A stretch of DNA of 64,000 nt from Patescibacteria group bacterium (GTDB lineage: Bacteria; Patescibacteriota; Microgenomatia; UBA8517): contig AP024680.1 in assembly GCA_025999275.1 (NCBI GenBank), positions 684,522 through 748,521 of the forward strand, given 5' to 3'. Each line of letters begins with the position of its first letter. Position 1 is the first letter of the stretch. The translations under genes and the position numbers were made by a program. Under the pieces are notes generated by a model. That model did no database searches and was not told where the DNA came from. It saw only the letters and a list, made by a program, of their open reading frames with translations. Shown here piece after piece: positions 51,360 through 62,200 of this stretch.

Positions 51360-51384
51360 TTCAATATATAAACTTCCGTAAAAT

Positions 51385-52146
51385 ATGGACAGAAAACTTT
51401 TAATTACCACATTCATATTTGCAACCATTGCTTCATTTATACTGCCAAAAAAAGTCTTCTCACAAGCCAAAGTAACATCACCAAACTATCAAATTCAACT
51501 TCCAGGATTCAACGCAGGTGCAGGAGTGCCTAAATCAACTAATTTCTGGACACGAGGCACCCTTGGTCAAACTGCTCCCGGCCTTTTTAGTTCGGCTAAT
51601 TATAGAGTTAGATCAGGCTTCCAATACATAAGCACAATAATTCCCTTTTCTTTCTCCATCTCAAATATATCTGTTAATTTTGGTGAATTAACACCAAATA
51701 CACCTGTAACAAGAACAGCAACTTTAACAGTAAAGGCAGGGGGTGCAGGCGGTTATACTGTCAAAGCGCAGGAAATGCATCCACTTCAGACTGTTGGAGG
51801 AGGTTCGACCATTAAAAATGTAACCTGCGATAGCGGAAGCTGTACCCGAACCTCTGCCGGACTTTGGACACTAAATTCAACCGATGGATTTGGATTTAAT
51901 ATGTCAGGAGATGATGTACCTGTTGATTTTATAAACTCAAACTATTTCAGACCTTTTGCTGACGCTTCTCTTGGCGAAGAACCGGCAATTATTATGGCTA
52001 AAAATCAAGTAACCTGGAATTATCCAAATAACACCTGGCCGTGGGAAAGCCAAGCTGTTATCACTTACAAAGTTAACATTCTAGGAACACAGGCAGCCGG
52101 AACTTATAACACGATCATTAAATTCACTGCAATACCATCACTCTAA
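51385..52146 (+). CDS. Secreted WxL-like/pilin-like beta-sandwich protein
   Basis: Signal peptide; VNFGEL, GGYTV, C-terminal QAAGTYNTIIKFTAIPSL. Confidence 0.65.
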   Translation: MDRKLLITTFIFATIASFILPKKVFSQAKVTSPNYQIQLPGFNAGAGVPKSTNFWTRGTLGQTAPGLFSSANYRVRSGFQYISTIIPFSFSISNISVNFGELTPNTPVTRTATLTVKAGGAGGYTVKAQEMHPLQTVGGGSTIKNVTCDSGSCTRTSAGLWTLNSTDGFGFNMSGDDVPVDFINSNYFRPFADASLGEEPAIIMAKNQVTWNYPNNTWPWESQAVITYKVNILGTQAAGTYNTIIKFTAIPSL

Positions 52147-52174
52147 ATAAATAGGTAAAAGGCAAGAGATAAAG

Positions 52175-52704
52175 GGTAAAAGGCTATCAGCCATCAGCTA
52201 TCAGCCATCAGCCAAAGGACACCTTAAGGGTGTACTAGGTTGGCACCTAACTGATTAACTCAAAAGTCAAAAGGCAAAACTCAAAAGTACAATTCAAAAT
52301 TTAAAATTATTTAATTATGCAATTAAACCTTTGACTTTTAACTTGCAATTTTGACTTTTGAATTTTAATTTTTGAATTATTTTATTCTTAATTCTTAAAT
52401 CGTGAATCTTAATTCTTTTTTACCCTTACTACTTACTGCTTTCTACTTACTATTATCTTCCAGCTCTGACTAACTTAGACTAACTCCGACCAACCCCGCC
52501 GCAGGCGGGGCCAACTTTGACTAATCCCGCCGCAGGCGGGGACTAACTCCGACCAACTCCGACCATCATCTGACAAATGATAGCTGATGACTGGTAGCCG
52601 TTTCGTCAGGTGTCAACCTATTTTGAAAGAAGGTGCCAACCTAGTACACCCTTAAGGTGTCCTTTGGCTGATGGCTGATAGCTGATGGCTGATAGCCTTT
52701 TACC
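52175..52704. mobile_element. Non-coding MITE-like composite element with 74-bp terminal inverted repeats
   Basis: 52175-52248 is the reverse complement of 52631-52704; no ORF inside; partial copy at 35508. Confidence 0.65.
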
Positions 52705-52734
52705 TTTTATATATTTCTAGCTATACTTAAACCA

Positions 52735-53700
52735 ATGAAAAAGAAAATTGTTATCACAATCCTTTCATTATTATTAATCAACTTTTACACTAATACGGGC
52801 TTAGCTCAAAATGTATCCTTGTCTATCTCCCCTCCTATACTTGAGGCCGTTATTAAACCCGGCGAAGTGGTTGAACAAGCCTACACTCTACAAAATTCAG
52901 GCAATGAAACCACGGCCTCAATTCAAATCTATCAATTTGAACAAGCCGATGAATTTGGCAATGCAAAAATAGAAAGAAGTCTAGAAGAATACGATCCACT
53001 AAACTTAAAAGAATGGTTCAAAATAAAAGAGCCTCAAATTTCAATCGGAGACAAATTCACACTTGGTCAAGGTGAACAAAAAACTATCCGTCTTGTAATT
53101 AATCCACCGGATAATGCTCCCGATGGAGATTACTATTTCACCCTAATATTTAAAACCAGCTTGGAAAATTCTTTCATTAACACAAACACCAAAACTGCCC
53201 TATCACAAGCAGAAATTGGATCAAACATATTGATAACTATATCAAAAGAAGGCTTAGTAAACCGAAAGGCAAAAATCAAAGAATTCAAAGCACCAAAAGT
53301 TATTGATTCATTCAAACATTTAAATTATGAATTGCAAATTGCCAATATTGGCGAAGGTTTTTTCAAACCGTTTGGCAAAATTACCATCGAATCAATTCTA
53401 GGCAAAAAATATATTCTAAATATAGCTCCGCAAAACATCATTAGTGCTTCATCAAGAAAGATATCTTGTATTGAAAACGAAAGGCTTATTCCCTGTCAAA
53501 TCCCTGCCAAATTCTTAATCGGCCCATATAAAGCAACTCTTTCATTCCAGATAGAAGGAGATAAAAAAGATTATAAAGAAACAGTTACTAGTTTTGGAGT
53601 TCCTTTTGTAATCTTGTCAATAATAATTATTTCTGCTCTGGTTATTATCCTAATCTATCGGAAAAAACTATTGACAAACAGAAAGGATATGCTAGCCTAA
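52735..53700 (+). CDS. DUF916/DUF3324-like (WxL-interacting-like) protein with C-terminal TM
   Basis: Signal, LSISPP..IKPGE, PDNAPDGDYY, NIGEGFFKPFGKI, IGPYKA, TM plus basic tail. Confidence 0.65.
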   Translation: MKKKIVITILSLLLINFYTNTGLAQNVSLSISPPILEAVIKPGEVVEQAYTLQNSGNETTASIQIYQFEQADEFGNAKIERSLEEYDPLNLKEWFKIKEPQISIGDKFTLGQGEQKTIRLVINPPDNAPDGDYYFTLIFKTSLENSFINTNTKTALSQAEIGSNILITISKEGLVNRKAKIKEFKAPKVIDSFKHLNYELQIANIGEGFFKPFGKITIESILGKKYILNIAPQNIISASSRKISCIENERLIPCQIPAKFLIGPYKATLSFQIEGDKKDYKETVTSFGVPFVILSIIIISALVIILIYRKKLLTNRKDMLA

Positions 53701-53734
53701 AAATAGGGGTAATATAAATTACCATTAAGAAATT

Positions 53735-55285
53735 ATGAAAACTTCTTTAAAGTTTATTATTTTTGTTTTTGCTTTTTTTGTTTCAATTTTTGCTTTTGCT
53801 TTCTATCTTTTTAAACCAACAAAAGTCAAGTCTGCAAACTTTACCAATGTTACAGCCTCTCTTTCAAACTCCAGATTTTCATTCTACGCAGGATACTCTG
53901 CAGGCTCTATTGGCCAATCAAGAATTACAATTGACACCTCAGGAAATCCAGATAAAGACGTTGATAACCTTTTTGTAGGAGATTATATTTGTATTGCTCC
54001 AAGCAATTTTGTTGGATGTAGAGATAACACAACCTATGGTGTTGTAACAACAGAAGGGACGAATGGAGATGAATTTACCATTAGCCCCGCTCTTATCTCA
54101 ACACCAGATGCTAATGATCTAATAATTGCCACATCATCAGGAATCTTGACTGTCCAATTTACTCTTACCAACAATGTTCCAGATGGTGGGGATATATTAA
54201 TTACAATTCCAAGTGATGATGACACAACCTCCACCACCAGTACTGACGGTTTTCCTGATGCTGCAGCGACAACATCCGTTGGGGGATTTGATTTAAATGG
54301 CATCACTTCAACTCATGTCTCAACATCAACATCCTCCTCTGGATCTTGTAATAACTCCCATTGGTCGGCAACGGAAACAATAACACCAGGAAATGGCACC
54401 ACCGATCACACAATTAGAATCGACAGAAGCGGATCTGAATGTCAAGCAAACAATACCGTAATTACTGTTACCATTGGAACAACAAGCAAAGGTATAGTTG
54501 TTCCTCCTCCAACAACCAATGCCAGAACTCAAGGAGTAGCCGATATCTACTCTATCAACATCAAAACTCGCGACAACACCGATAACACAATTGACCAATC
54601 AAATGCCTTGGTTGCACCAGTTGAGGGAGTTTTTGTATCAGCCACTGTCCGCGAGACTCTTTCTTTCCAAGTGGCAGGAGACACTAGCGGAGCCTCAAGA
54701 TGCGGACAAACAACCGATGTTACCACCACCGCTACATCTGTTCCTTGGGGTGAGATATCAACCACAGGAACATTCTTCGAAGCAAGTCAAATACTAACAG
54801 TGTCTACTAATGCCGTCTCAGGTTACAAAGTATATATTGAAGAAAACGATCAAATGGGTAAGGATGGTAACACTTGTACTGGAACAGTGCCCTCATCAGG
54901 ACAATTTACTTTTGGTAGCGGAATTTGTATTAGAGACACGGTTTGTAATGCAACCACTTGCTCTGAATCAGTAGGTTACAATTGGACAAATGCTTCAACC
55001 TATCCTGGATTGGGCATTTCCCTCCAAAATCTAAGTGGAACAGATGCTGCATGGGTTTACAATTCAAACGATCCGTGTAGTACTACAGCAGGTACGGGCT
55101 CATTCTGTGCCAAGCAAATTGCAGATACGACAGAAGGAGGAGAAACAAGAAGCTATGTGATGACTAATTCTGGTCCTGTTGATTCAAGTCAGGTTTATCT
55201 TTGTTTCAGACTATCAATTCCTGGTACACAACCCGCAGGATTTTACTATAATATAGTTAAGTATACAGCTGTTCCAACATTCTAA
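53735..55285 (+). CDS. Large secreted Thr-rich WxL-like/pilin-like protein
   Basis: Signal; VSTNAVSGY; C-terminal GTQPAGFYYNIVKYTAVPTF parallels the end of 51385-52146. Confidence 0.7.
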   Translation: MKTSLKFIIFVFAFFVSIFAFAFYLFKPTKVKSANFTNVTASLSNSRFSFYAGYSAGSIGQSRITIDTSGNPDKDVDNLFVGDYICIAPSNFVGCRDNTTYGVVTTEGTNGDEFTISPALISTPDANDLIIATSSGILTVQFTLTNNVPDGGDILITIPSDDDTTSTTSTDGFPDAAATTSVGGFDLNGITSTHVSTSTSSSGSCNNSHWSATETITPGNGTTDHTIRIDRSGSECQANNTVITVTIGTTSKGIVVPPPTTNARTQGVADIYSINIKTRDNTDNTIDQSNALVAPVEGVFVSATVRETLSFQVAGDTSGASRCGQTTDVTTTATSVPWGEISTTGTFFEASQILTVSTNAVSGYKVYIEENDQMGKDGNTCTGTVPSSGQFTFGSGICIRDTVCNATTCSESVGYNWTNASTYPGLGISLQNLSGTDAAWVYNSNDPCSTTAGTGSFCAKQIADTTEGGETRSYVMTNSGPVDSSQVYLCFRLSIPGTQPAGFYYNIVKYTAVPTF

Positions 55286-55288
55286 TAA

Positions 55289-56308
55289 ATGAAAAAGTCT
55301 GCCAAAATAATTTCTATCATCGCAATTAGCCTTTTTGTTTCTTTGTCAGTCAAAGGCGCAGAGGCTCAAACCATCTTACCCCTAACCGTCTCCCCTGCCC
55401 GACAAACTATAAATATTGACCCAGGTACAACAGAAAAAACAACAATCAGCTTCTTTAATCAAGCAGACATACCTGTTGCTGGCAATCTAAAAGTGGTTGA
55501 TTTCATTGTTACTGACAACACCGGCACACCCTATCTTCTTGAAGGTGAAACTGCCATTCCAACTAAATACTCAGCTGCCAAATGGATTAGTATCCAAGCT
55601 GACAAAGCAATCATCCCTGCAAACGCATCATTTAAGGTACAATTGACAATCACCGCCCCCAAAGATGCAGCTGCCGGTGGAAGATATGCAGCAGTTTATT
55701 TTGAACCTACTGGAACTTTGCCAAACACCAGAGCCTTTATTAACCAAAAAGAAGGTCAACAATCAGTAACCTCAAGACTAGTAGGATTAATTAATATCAG
55801 AGTAAATGGACCAATAATTGAAGAGGCGGCAGTTAAATATCTTTCAGTTCCCAATTTTATTGAATACGGCCCAGTTGAAGTAAAAACAGAAATATACAAC
55901 AACGGAAGCTACCACATTACTCCAAAAGGTAAAATTACTCTCATCGACTGGCAAGGAAAAGTTGTTGATGAATACACACTTGAAGAAAGAAATATATTCC
56001 CGGAAAGATCAAGAATTTATGAAACAGAGCTCGGAAAAAGACTAATGATTGGAAAATACAAGGTTGAGCTTTTGGCAATGTATGGAGACTCAAATCAAAT
56101 ACTCTCAGCCAGCCAAGTTTTTTGGGCTTTCCCTTGGAGAATAACAGTAGCTATCGTATTAGCAGTTATTATAGCCATACTTCTTATCATCCTAATTACC
56201 AAGAAGATGCAAAAGAGGCAAAAAGAACTTGAGGAAAAGCTTGAAAAGGAAATCGATGAAATTGAAAAACTGAAGGAGAAATTCAAAGACTCCTCCTCTT
56301 CCAAATAA
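55289..56308 (+). CDS. Second DUF916/DUF3324-like protein with C-terminal TM
   Basis: Signal, LTVSPA..IDPG, PKDAAAGGRYAAVYF, NNGSYHITPKGKI, IGKYKV, TM. Confidence 0.7.
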   Translation: MKKSAKIISIIAISLFVSLSVKGAEAQTILPLTVSPARQTINIDPGTTEKTTISFFNQADIPVAGNLKVVDFIVTDNTGTPYLLEGETAIPTKYSAAKWISIQADKAIIPANASFKVQLTITAPKDAAAGGRYAAVYFEPTGTLPNTRAFINQKEGQQSVTSRLVGLINIRVNGPIIEEAAVKYLSVPNFIEYGPVEVKTEIYNNGSYHITPKGKITLIDWQGKVVDEYTLEERNIFPERSRIYETELGKRLMIGKYKVELLAMYGDSNQILSASQVFWAFPWRITVAIVLAVIIAILLIILITKKMQKRQKELEEKLEKEIDEIEKLKEKFKDSSSSK

Positions 56309-56318
56309 ATCCTTCTTC

Positions 56319-56406
56319 TGACAAGGTCCGTCCTTGTCAGTAAAATTAGCCTTGACAAAACTACTCGTTCTATCAATAATGAATTTGACAAAGACGGACC
56401 TTGTCA
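56319..56406. repeat. Inverted REP pair enclosing the putative RAYT promoter
   Basis: REPs at 56319-56339 and 56386-56406; TTGACA(56352)-17-AATAAT between them. Confidence 0.88.
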
Positions 56407-56414
56407 AAAAGGCT

Positions 56415-57113
56415 ATGCCCGCAAAAAACAGCTTAAAAGTGTTTGCAGAAAATACCTACTATCATATCTACAACCGTGGTGTTGAAAAGAGAAATATATT
56501 TATAGATAACCAAGACTACGAGGTTTTCTTAAATCTACTAAAGTATTATTTATCCGAAAATAACCAAGCAATTTACCACCCCATTGAAATAATTGCACCA
56601 GATAACAGGCCCCTAAGGCCAAGACCTCTTAAAAATCTAAACAAAGAAATTGAACTAATAGCCTACTGCCTTATGCCCAATCATTTTCACCTACTAATAA
56701 AGCAGATCTCAAAAGATGGAATGACAAAGCTAATGAGAGCATTATCTACCAGCTATGCCCTTTATTTTAACCGTCGCTACAAGCGCGAAGGAACCCTTTT
56801 CCAAGGAAGATACAAAGCAGTTATTATTAAAAATGACTCATACCTTCTTCATCTCTCGCGATATATTCATCTTAACCCCTCAAGCATATTGACAAGGACG
56901 GACATTGTCACTTGGCCCTATTCAAGCTACTCATACTTTCTTGGAACAAAAAAGGCTGACTGGGTAAAACCGCAAATTGTCTTAGATTTCTTTAAAAGGC
57001 CTGAAAATTCCCCTATCCCGCTAGAAAAATTTCAAACCTACCAGCAATTCGTTGAGGCTGGCAAGGAAAATCCTAAGGAAAATATAGAAAAACTAATACT
57101 CGAAGATGAATAA
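56415..57113 (+). CDS. REP-associated tyrosine transposase (RAYT, Y1 HUH)
   Basis: YHIYNRG, AYCLMPNHFHLL (HUH), LFQGRY, RYIHLNP (catalytic Tyr), WPYSSY; ATG 56415 preferred; internal REP at 56890-56910. Confidence 0.92.
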   Translation: MPAKNSLKVFAENTYYHIYNRGVEKRNIFIDNQDYEVFLNLLKYYLSENNQAIYHPIEIIAPDNRPLRPRPLKNLNKEIELIAYCLMPNHFHLLIKQISKDGMTKLMRALSTSYALYFNRRYKREGTLFQGRYKAVIIKNDSYLLHLSRYIHLNPSSILTRTDIVTWPYSSYSYFLGTKKADWVKPQIVLDFFKRPENSPIPLEKFQTYQQFVEAGKENPKENIEKLILEDE

Positions 57114-58110
57114 GCCACAATTATCACCTGACAAGGTCCGTCTTTGTCAGATCAGTATAACTACAATCATTTTGTTTTTAATACCTAATAACACCATCAG
57201 AGCTCAAACAGCAACTCCGGTAACTAGTGATACTACTGTATCTGTCACTTTCAAAGTAGTCGAGGGAGAAACTCCAACCCCAACTGCCACTACTACCCCC
57301 ACCCCCATAACCAGTGGAACACCCACTCCTACAATTTCTCCCCAACCACAAATATCCCCAACACCCACACCAGAAGCCACCAAAGCCCCTCAAATCAATC
57401 TAAAGATATTCGGTTATGGCCCGCCTGATATACCAGTATCCTTAGTGGGAAAAAACATCTTAGAATTAACCACATCAAACGAGATTGGTTATTTCGAGTT
57501 TAGGAACATTCCCCTGCCAGAAATAAAAGGATTATTTAAACTATATCCTGAGCTTTGCCTGCAAGGTTACTATAAAGAGAGCTCAACACAGCCAGTTTGC
57601 CTACCAAGGCTGCCGGTAGGCAATCTCGAATACAATATCGGCCCTGTCATCCTTTCCCCAATTATAATAATTGAAAAAGGAGAAATCGCCTCAGGTGAAC
57701 AAGTAAAAGCAACCGGTAAAACCACACCCAATTCAGAAGTTTCAATTTACCTAGCCAAAGAAAAACAAAAAACATTCTTTAATTTTTTTGAAGAAATAAA
57801 ACTCATAAAGACTGCCTCAGCTTACTATCTCCCAAAGTATCAAACAACATCAAATGCCAACGGAGACTTCGAATTTAACCTACCTAGCGAATCACCGGCA
57901 AAATGGCGTCTTTTTTCCGCAGCTTCCTTCCAAGGCCAAAACTCTCCCAAGAGCAACACTCTTTCCTATCTAGTTGTCCCAAAAACATTTGAATTCTTTA
58001 AGAATATAATCGGTTTTCTTATTTCATTCTTCTCTCACTGGTTTTCAATTCTTATCGCAATTGAAATTGTATCTATCATCATTCTTCTATACTTTACCAG
58101 CAAAGATTGA
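57106..58110 (+). CDS. Surface protein with PT linker, Ig-like domains and C-terminal TM
   Basis: Signal-like segment preceded by a REP-encoded PDKVRLCQ (REP 57129-57149); GKTTPNSEV and ANGDFEF motifs. Confidence 0.72.
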   Translation: MNKPQLSPDKVRLCQISITTIILFLIPNNTIRAQTATPVTSDTTVSVTFKVVEGETPTPTATTTPTPITSGTPTPTISPQPQISPTPTPEATKAPQINLKIFGYGPPDIPVSLVGKNILELTTSNEIGYFEFRNIPLPEIKGLFKLYPELCLQGYYKESSTQPVCLPRLPVGNLEYNIGPVILSPIIIIEKGEIASGEQVKATGKTTPNSEVSIYLAKEKQKTFFNFFEEIKLIKTASAYYLPKYQTTSNANGDFEFNLPSESPAKWRLFSAASFQGQNSPKSNTLSYLVVPKTFEFFKNIIGFLISFFSHWFSILIAIEIVSIIILLYFTSKD

Positions 58111-58116
58111 AGGGAT

Positions 58117-58176
58117 TGACAAGGTCCGTCCTTGTCAATTTACCGCTTTGATTTATGACAAAGACGGACCTTGTCA
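58117..58176. repeat. REP doublet (REPIN-like), 21+18+21 bp
   Basis: TGACAAGGTCCGTCCTTGTCA-18 nt-TGACAAAGACGGACCTTGTCA, between convergent genes. Confidence 0.92.
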
Positions 58177-58187
58177 GAAAAGCAAAA

Positions 58188-58739
58188 CTAAAGTTCAAAG
58201 GTAACGGTTACTCGTTGAGGTAAAACTTTGCCATCAACTGAGGCCTCAATTGAATAAACTCCGGCCACCGAAGAAGAAACTTCAAAAATTGCCTTGCCAA
58301 CATCATCAGTAATAGGCTGAACCTCGTCGACTTCCAGATTGTCACTCTTGCCCAAAACCACCATCTTGCCACCAACCCCCAAACCTTGAGAATCAAGAAT
58401 AAAAATAGTTATTCTTATCCTTTCCCCACTTGCCACCTTAGCTTTTAGAGGAGAAGCAAAAAGATAAGAATTGGCAAGCTCCATTTTGCGTGTCAAAGAA
58501 GAACTTTCAGCCTTGCTTGATATTCTTGTTCTTTCAGAAACTAAATAAACTGAATAAACAAGCCCTAAAAGTAAAAACAAAACCAAAATAATAAGAAACA
58601 AAGTCAAGAGAACACTCTTCCTTTTTTCCCTATTTAGCTCTTCTCTTTGTTTTTTTATCTCATCCTCTTTGTCTGTCAATAAAATTTCCGGCTTTTTTGA
58701 GTCCAGATAAGCAGGATTCTCTAGATCTTGACTAATCAT
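58188..58739 (-). CDS. Membrane-anchored Big_1 (invasin/intimin-type Ig) domain protein
   Basis: TM; ASP..A.ASGE..ITIFILDSQGLGVGGK, TDDVGKAIF, AGVYSIEASVDG. Confidence 0.8.
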   Translation of the reverse strand: MISQDLENPAYLDSKKPEILLTDKEDEIKKQREELNREKRKSVLLTLFLIILVLFLLLGLVYSVYLVSERTRISSKAESSSLTRKMELANSYLFASPLKAKVASGERIRITIFILDSQGLGVGGKMVVLGKSDNLEVDEVQPITDDVGKAIFEVSSSVAGVYSIEASVDGKVLPQRVTVTFEL

Positions 58740-59187
58740 TATTTCAAGATACTATATAAAATACACCTTTTCAACACCTGGGAAACTCCTTTTCCCTCAC
58801 AAAAAATTGTTTAAAGCATCAAAGATCAATATACCGTAAAACAGGCGTTATTTGCCACTTTTTTTTATTAGCAAACAAGATTGATAAGTGACAAATTGAG
58901 GCTAAAATCATATTCAAAAAAACAAAAAATTAAAAATCATAAGATGCAATTAAAGATGATCGAATTAATCCATTAACCGCAAAATCAACGCAAGACCTAT
59001 ATTTTTTTTATACCCTTCTCCGCAATAAATTTTATCTTATTTTTGAAAATTATTTAAAATACTATCGGAATTGCAAAAAATATATTTAGATATATTTAAG
59101 TAAGCAAAAATATTATGCGGAAAAAATGTTATTGACACTGTGAAAATTATAGCTTATTTAAGGGCTTTTTTTAGCTTTAATCAGCTC

Positions 59188-59246
59188 TTGACAATTATTA
59201 ATAAATAATTTTAGAATAGTATAATGCATATAATTTGTATAATCTA
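59188..59246 (+). promoter_or_regulatory. Sigma70-type promoter followed by three TATAAT repeats at 9-nt period
   Basis: TTGACA(59188)-18-TAGAAT(59212); TATAAT at 59220, 59229 and 59238. Confidence 0.55.
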
Positions 59247-59276
59247 GCCTCAATTTATGATAATTATCTAAAAACC

Positions 59277-62200
59277 ATGATAGACCGCATAACACAACTT
59301 TTTCTGCAGTACTTAAAATCCTGTAATGTTTCGGAAAAAACTCTTCGATACTACAAATCTGATATTGCCATGTTTTCAGCCTGGCTAATATTTCAGGCAA
59401 AATCAATTGGAGCTGATTGCAACAATCTCCAAGAAGCTTTACCCTTCATTAACAAAAAAACAGCCAAGGAGTATAGAGACTTCCTTATCAAAAATGGCAA
59501 CTCAATTCAAACCATCAATCGCCGGCTTTCAACCTTAAGAACATTTTCAAAATTTCTCTTTGAAAACGAGCTGCTCTCTTTTAACTTCGCTAAAAAAATA
59601 AAAAACATTTCAAGATCTGTTTTCATTCCCCCACTCTCACAAGCAATAAACCAATTCTCCTCATACCTGGAATCACAAAAAGTATCTGCCCTAACCAGAA
59701 AAAATTATCTTGCAGATATTAATCAATTTTCCAGATGGGTAGAAAAAACTGGCAAAAAAGAAGTTAAGGAAATAACATCAAAAGATATAAAAAGATATCT
59801 AATCATAGAATTGTCAAATGCTCCTGAGGCTACAAAAGATAGAAAAATTTCTTCACTAAAGAAATTCTTTACCTGGGCAGTTCAGGAAAGTAAAACAAAT
59901 ACAAATCCAGTTGAAGAATATCTAAAAGACACTGCTTACTTAAAGCCAATAGAAAAATCCATTTCTGAGCTTACAGAACCTAGTATTAACCGCAAAGTTT
60001 TCGGTAATTATCCTTCCTATGAGAGCTTGAAAGAGAAAATTAACGCATATATTGCGGATAAACCCAAGTTACAGAAGCTAGTCTACCATCTTCTCTATAC
60101 CAGACCTAAGTGGTACAAAGCTTATCATTCCCTTGCAATCAGTCGTTATATTAACTTTGCCATTCTTACCATTTTTGCTGCCGGGCTTGGATTCGGAATT
60201 TATCAACAACTTTTTGCCAAACCTCAAACACCTATTGCCTATCCCACTCAACCAGTTGCACCAAAAAGATATCTTTCCTTTCAAGGTCGTCTGACAAACC
60301 AATACAATACCCCCATTACTACTGCCACAAATATTATCTTTAAACTTTATGATGCTTCAACTGGTGGCAATGTCCTTTGGAATTCTGCTGGTGTTTCCTG
60401 CTCTATCACCCCTGACCAAGACGGAATCTTTTCAATTCTCCTTGGAACTCAATCGGGTGACGGCTATACCTGTACTGGCATTTCCGGCATTGACGCCTCT
60501 GTATTTAGTGAAAACGCTGAGGTCTGGCTAGGAATAAAAGTTGGTTCTGATCCTGAAGCTACCCCCAGAATTCAAATTGCTACCGTTGCCTATGCTTTAA
60601 ATGCTGAAACACTTCAAGGCTATCCCATCAACGCGACAGGTTCTGCTACTGTCAATACAGTTTTAACTATGAATTCAGGTGGCGAGGTTGTTTTGGCAGA
60701 AGTAGGACCAAAGATAAAATCTGTTTCCGGTAATTTTGGAATCCAAGGTGAAGCAATTACAATTCAAGCAAACGGAGGTGGAATCCCCGGCGATATTACC
60801 CTTTCCCCTTCCTCAAATGGAACTGTATCCATTTTGGCAAGCGGTACAACAAATGATTCTTTATATATCCAAAACGCTCAAATAACATCAGGAGCATTGA
60901 TCCACGGATATTATGGCGGAACAGCAACTAATGTTGATCTTCTAAAACTTGGCGCAGGTCCAAGTGAATCAACAAAATTCCTAGTTGAATCATCTGGTGA
61001 TACATTTATCGCCTCAGGTGCCGACTTGTTCATCGGAGGGATAGGGCTAAATGATAACAGCTCTACATCCTCAGGTGCTTCACTAATCGGTGTCTTTGAT
61101 GATTCAATGACATATATATCAGGTAATACCAATGTTCAATCTGCTATTAAGCAATTAGATACTGCCATTGGTAGCCTTTCAGGATCAGCTAGTGGATGGA
61201 CTGATGATGGAGTCATAGTAAGACTTACTACTTCATCTGATAGAGTTGGTATTGGAACAACCATTCCCAACTCAGCCAATAAACTAGCAGTTTTAGGTGG
61301 TGTGGGAATAGGATCAACAGCATATACAGAAGCTGCTGGAGCCCCAACTAATGGGATGATTGTTGAAGGAAATGTGGGAATTGGTACTACTGCCCCTCTT
61401 GCTACTCTTGATGTTGCTGGAAATATTCTTGTTAACAATGGTGGAACAATCGATACAAGATCAGCTGGAACACTAACTATTGGTGGAACAATACAAACAG
61501 GATTGACACTAGGAAGAAGTGGAGCAACTACCACCATAGCAGGATCTTCTGTTAATGTAGCCAATTTAACAACAGATGGAGTTGTATATACCTCAGGTGG
61601 TAATGGAACACTGAATTCTGAAGCTCTTCTTGCCATATCAAGAGGTGGAACAAATTCAAATGCTACTCCAACAGCAGGAGCAGTAGCATATGGTACAGGA
61701 ACTGCATATGCCTTCAATACTGCCGGCACTTCAGGACAACCTCTACTTTCAGGAGGAACAGGAGCACCTACATTTGGAACATTGGGACTAACATATGGTG
61801 GGACAAATGCTGACCTTTCAGGTGTAGCAACAGGAGGATTAATATATAAAGGAGCTTCTGCTTTAGCTGGTACATCTGCACTAACAGGTATTCTTCAGGG
61901 TAATGGATCATCAGCTCCATCTGCCATTACTGGTACTGTCAATTACATACCAAAATGGAGTTCATCTGCCCCCTACCTTACTGCAACATCACTAATATAT
62001 GATGATGGAACAAATGTAGGTATTGGAACAACTGTTCCTACAAAAGGAAAACTTAATGTATTAGGTTCTGTTGCCATTGGATCAACTGCATACACAGAGA
62101 CTAGTGGTGCTGCACCAACAAATGGAATGATTGTTGAGGGGAATGTGGGAATTGGGACAACAGCTCCAGCATATAAGCTTGATGTTAGTGGTGATATTTA

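Noticed and set aside
56415-57113. IS200/IS605 insertion sequence
   Set aside because: No tnpB; motifs and dispersed palindromes fit a RAYT better
59277-59930. Functional integrase or prophage boundary
   Set aside because: Only core-binding domains, no catalytic domain before the TM, and no phage structural genes nearby
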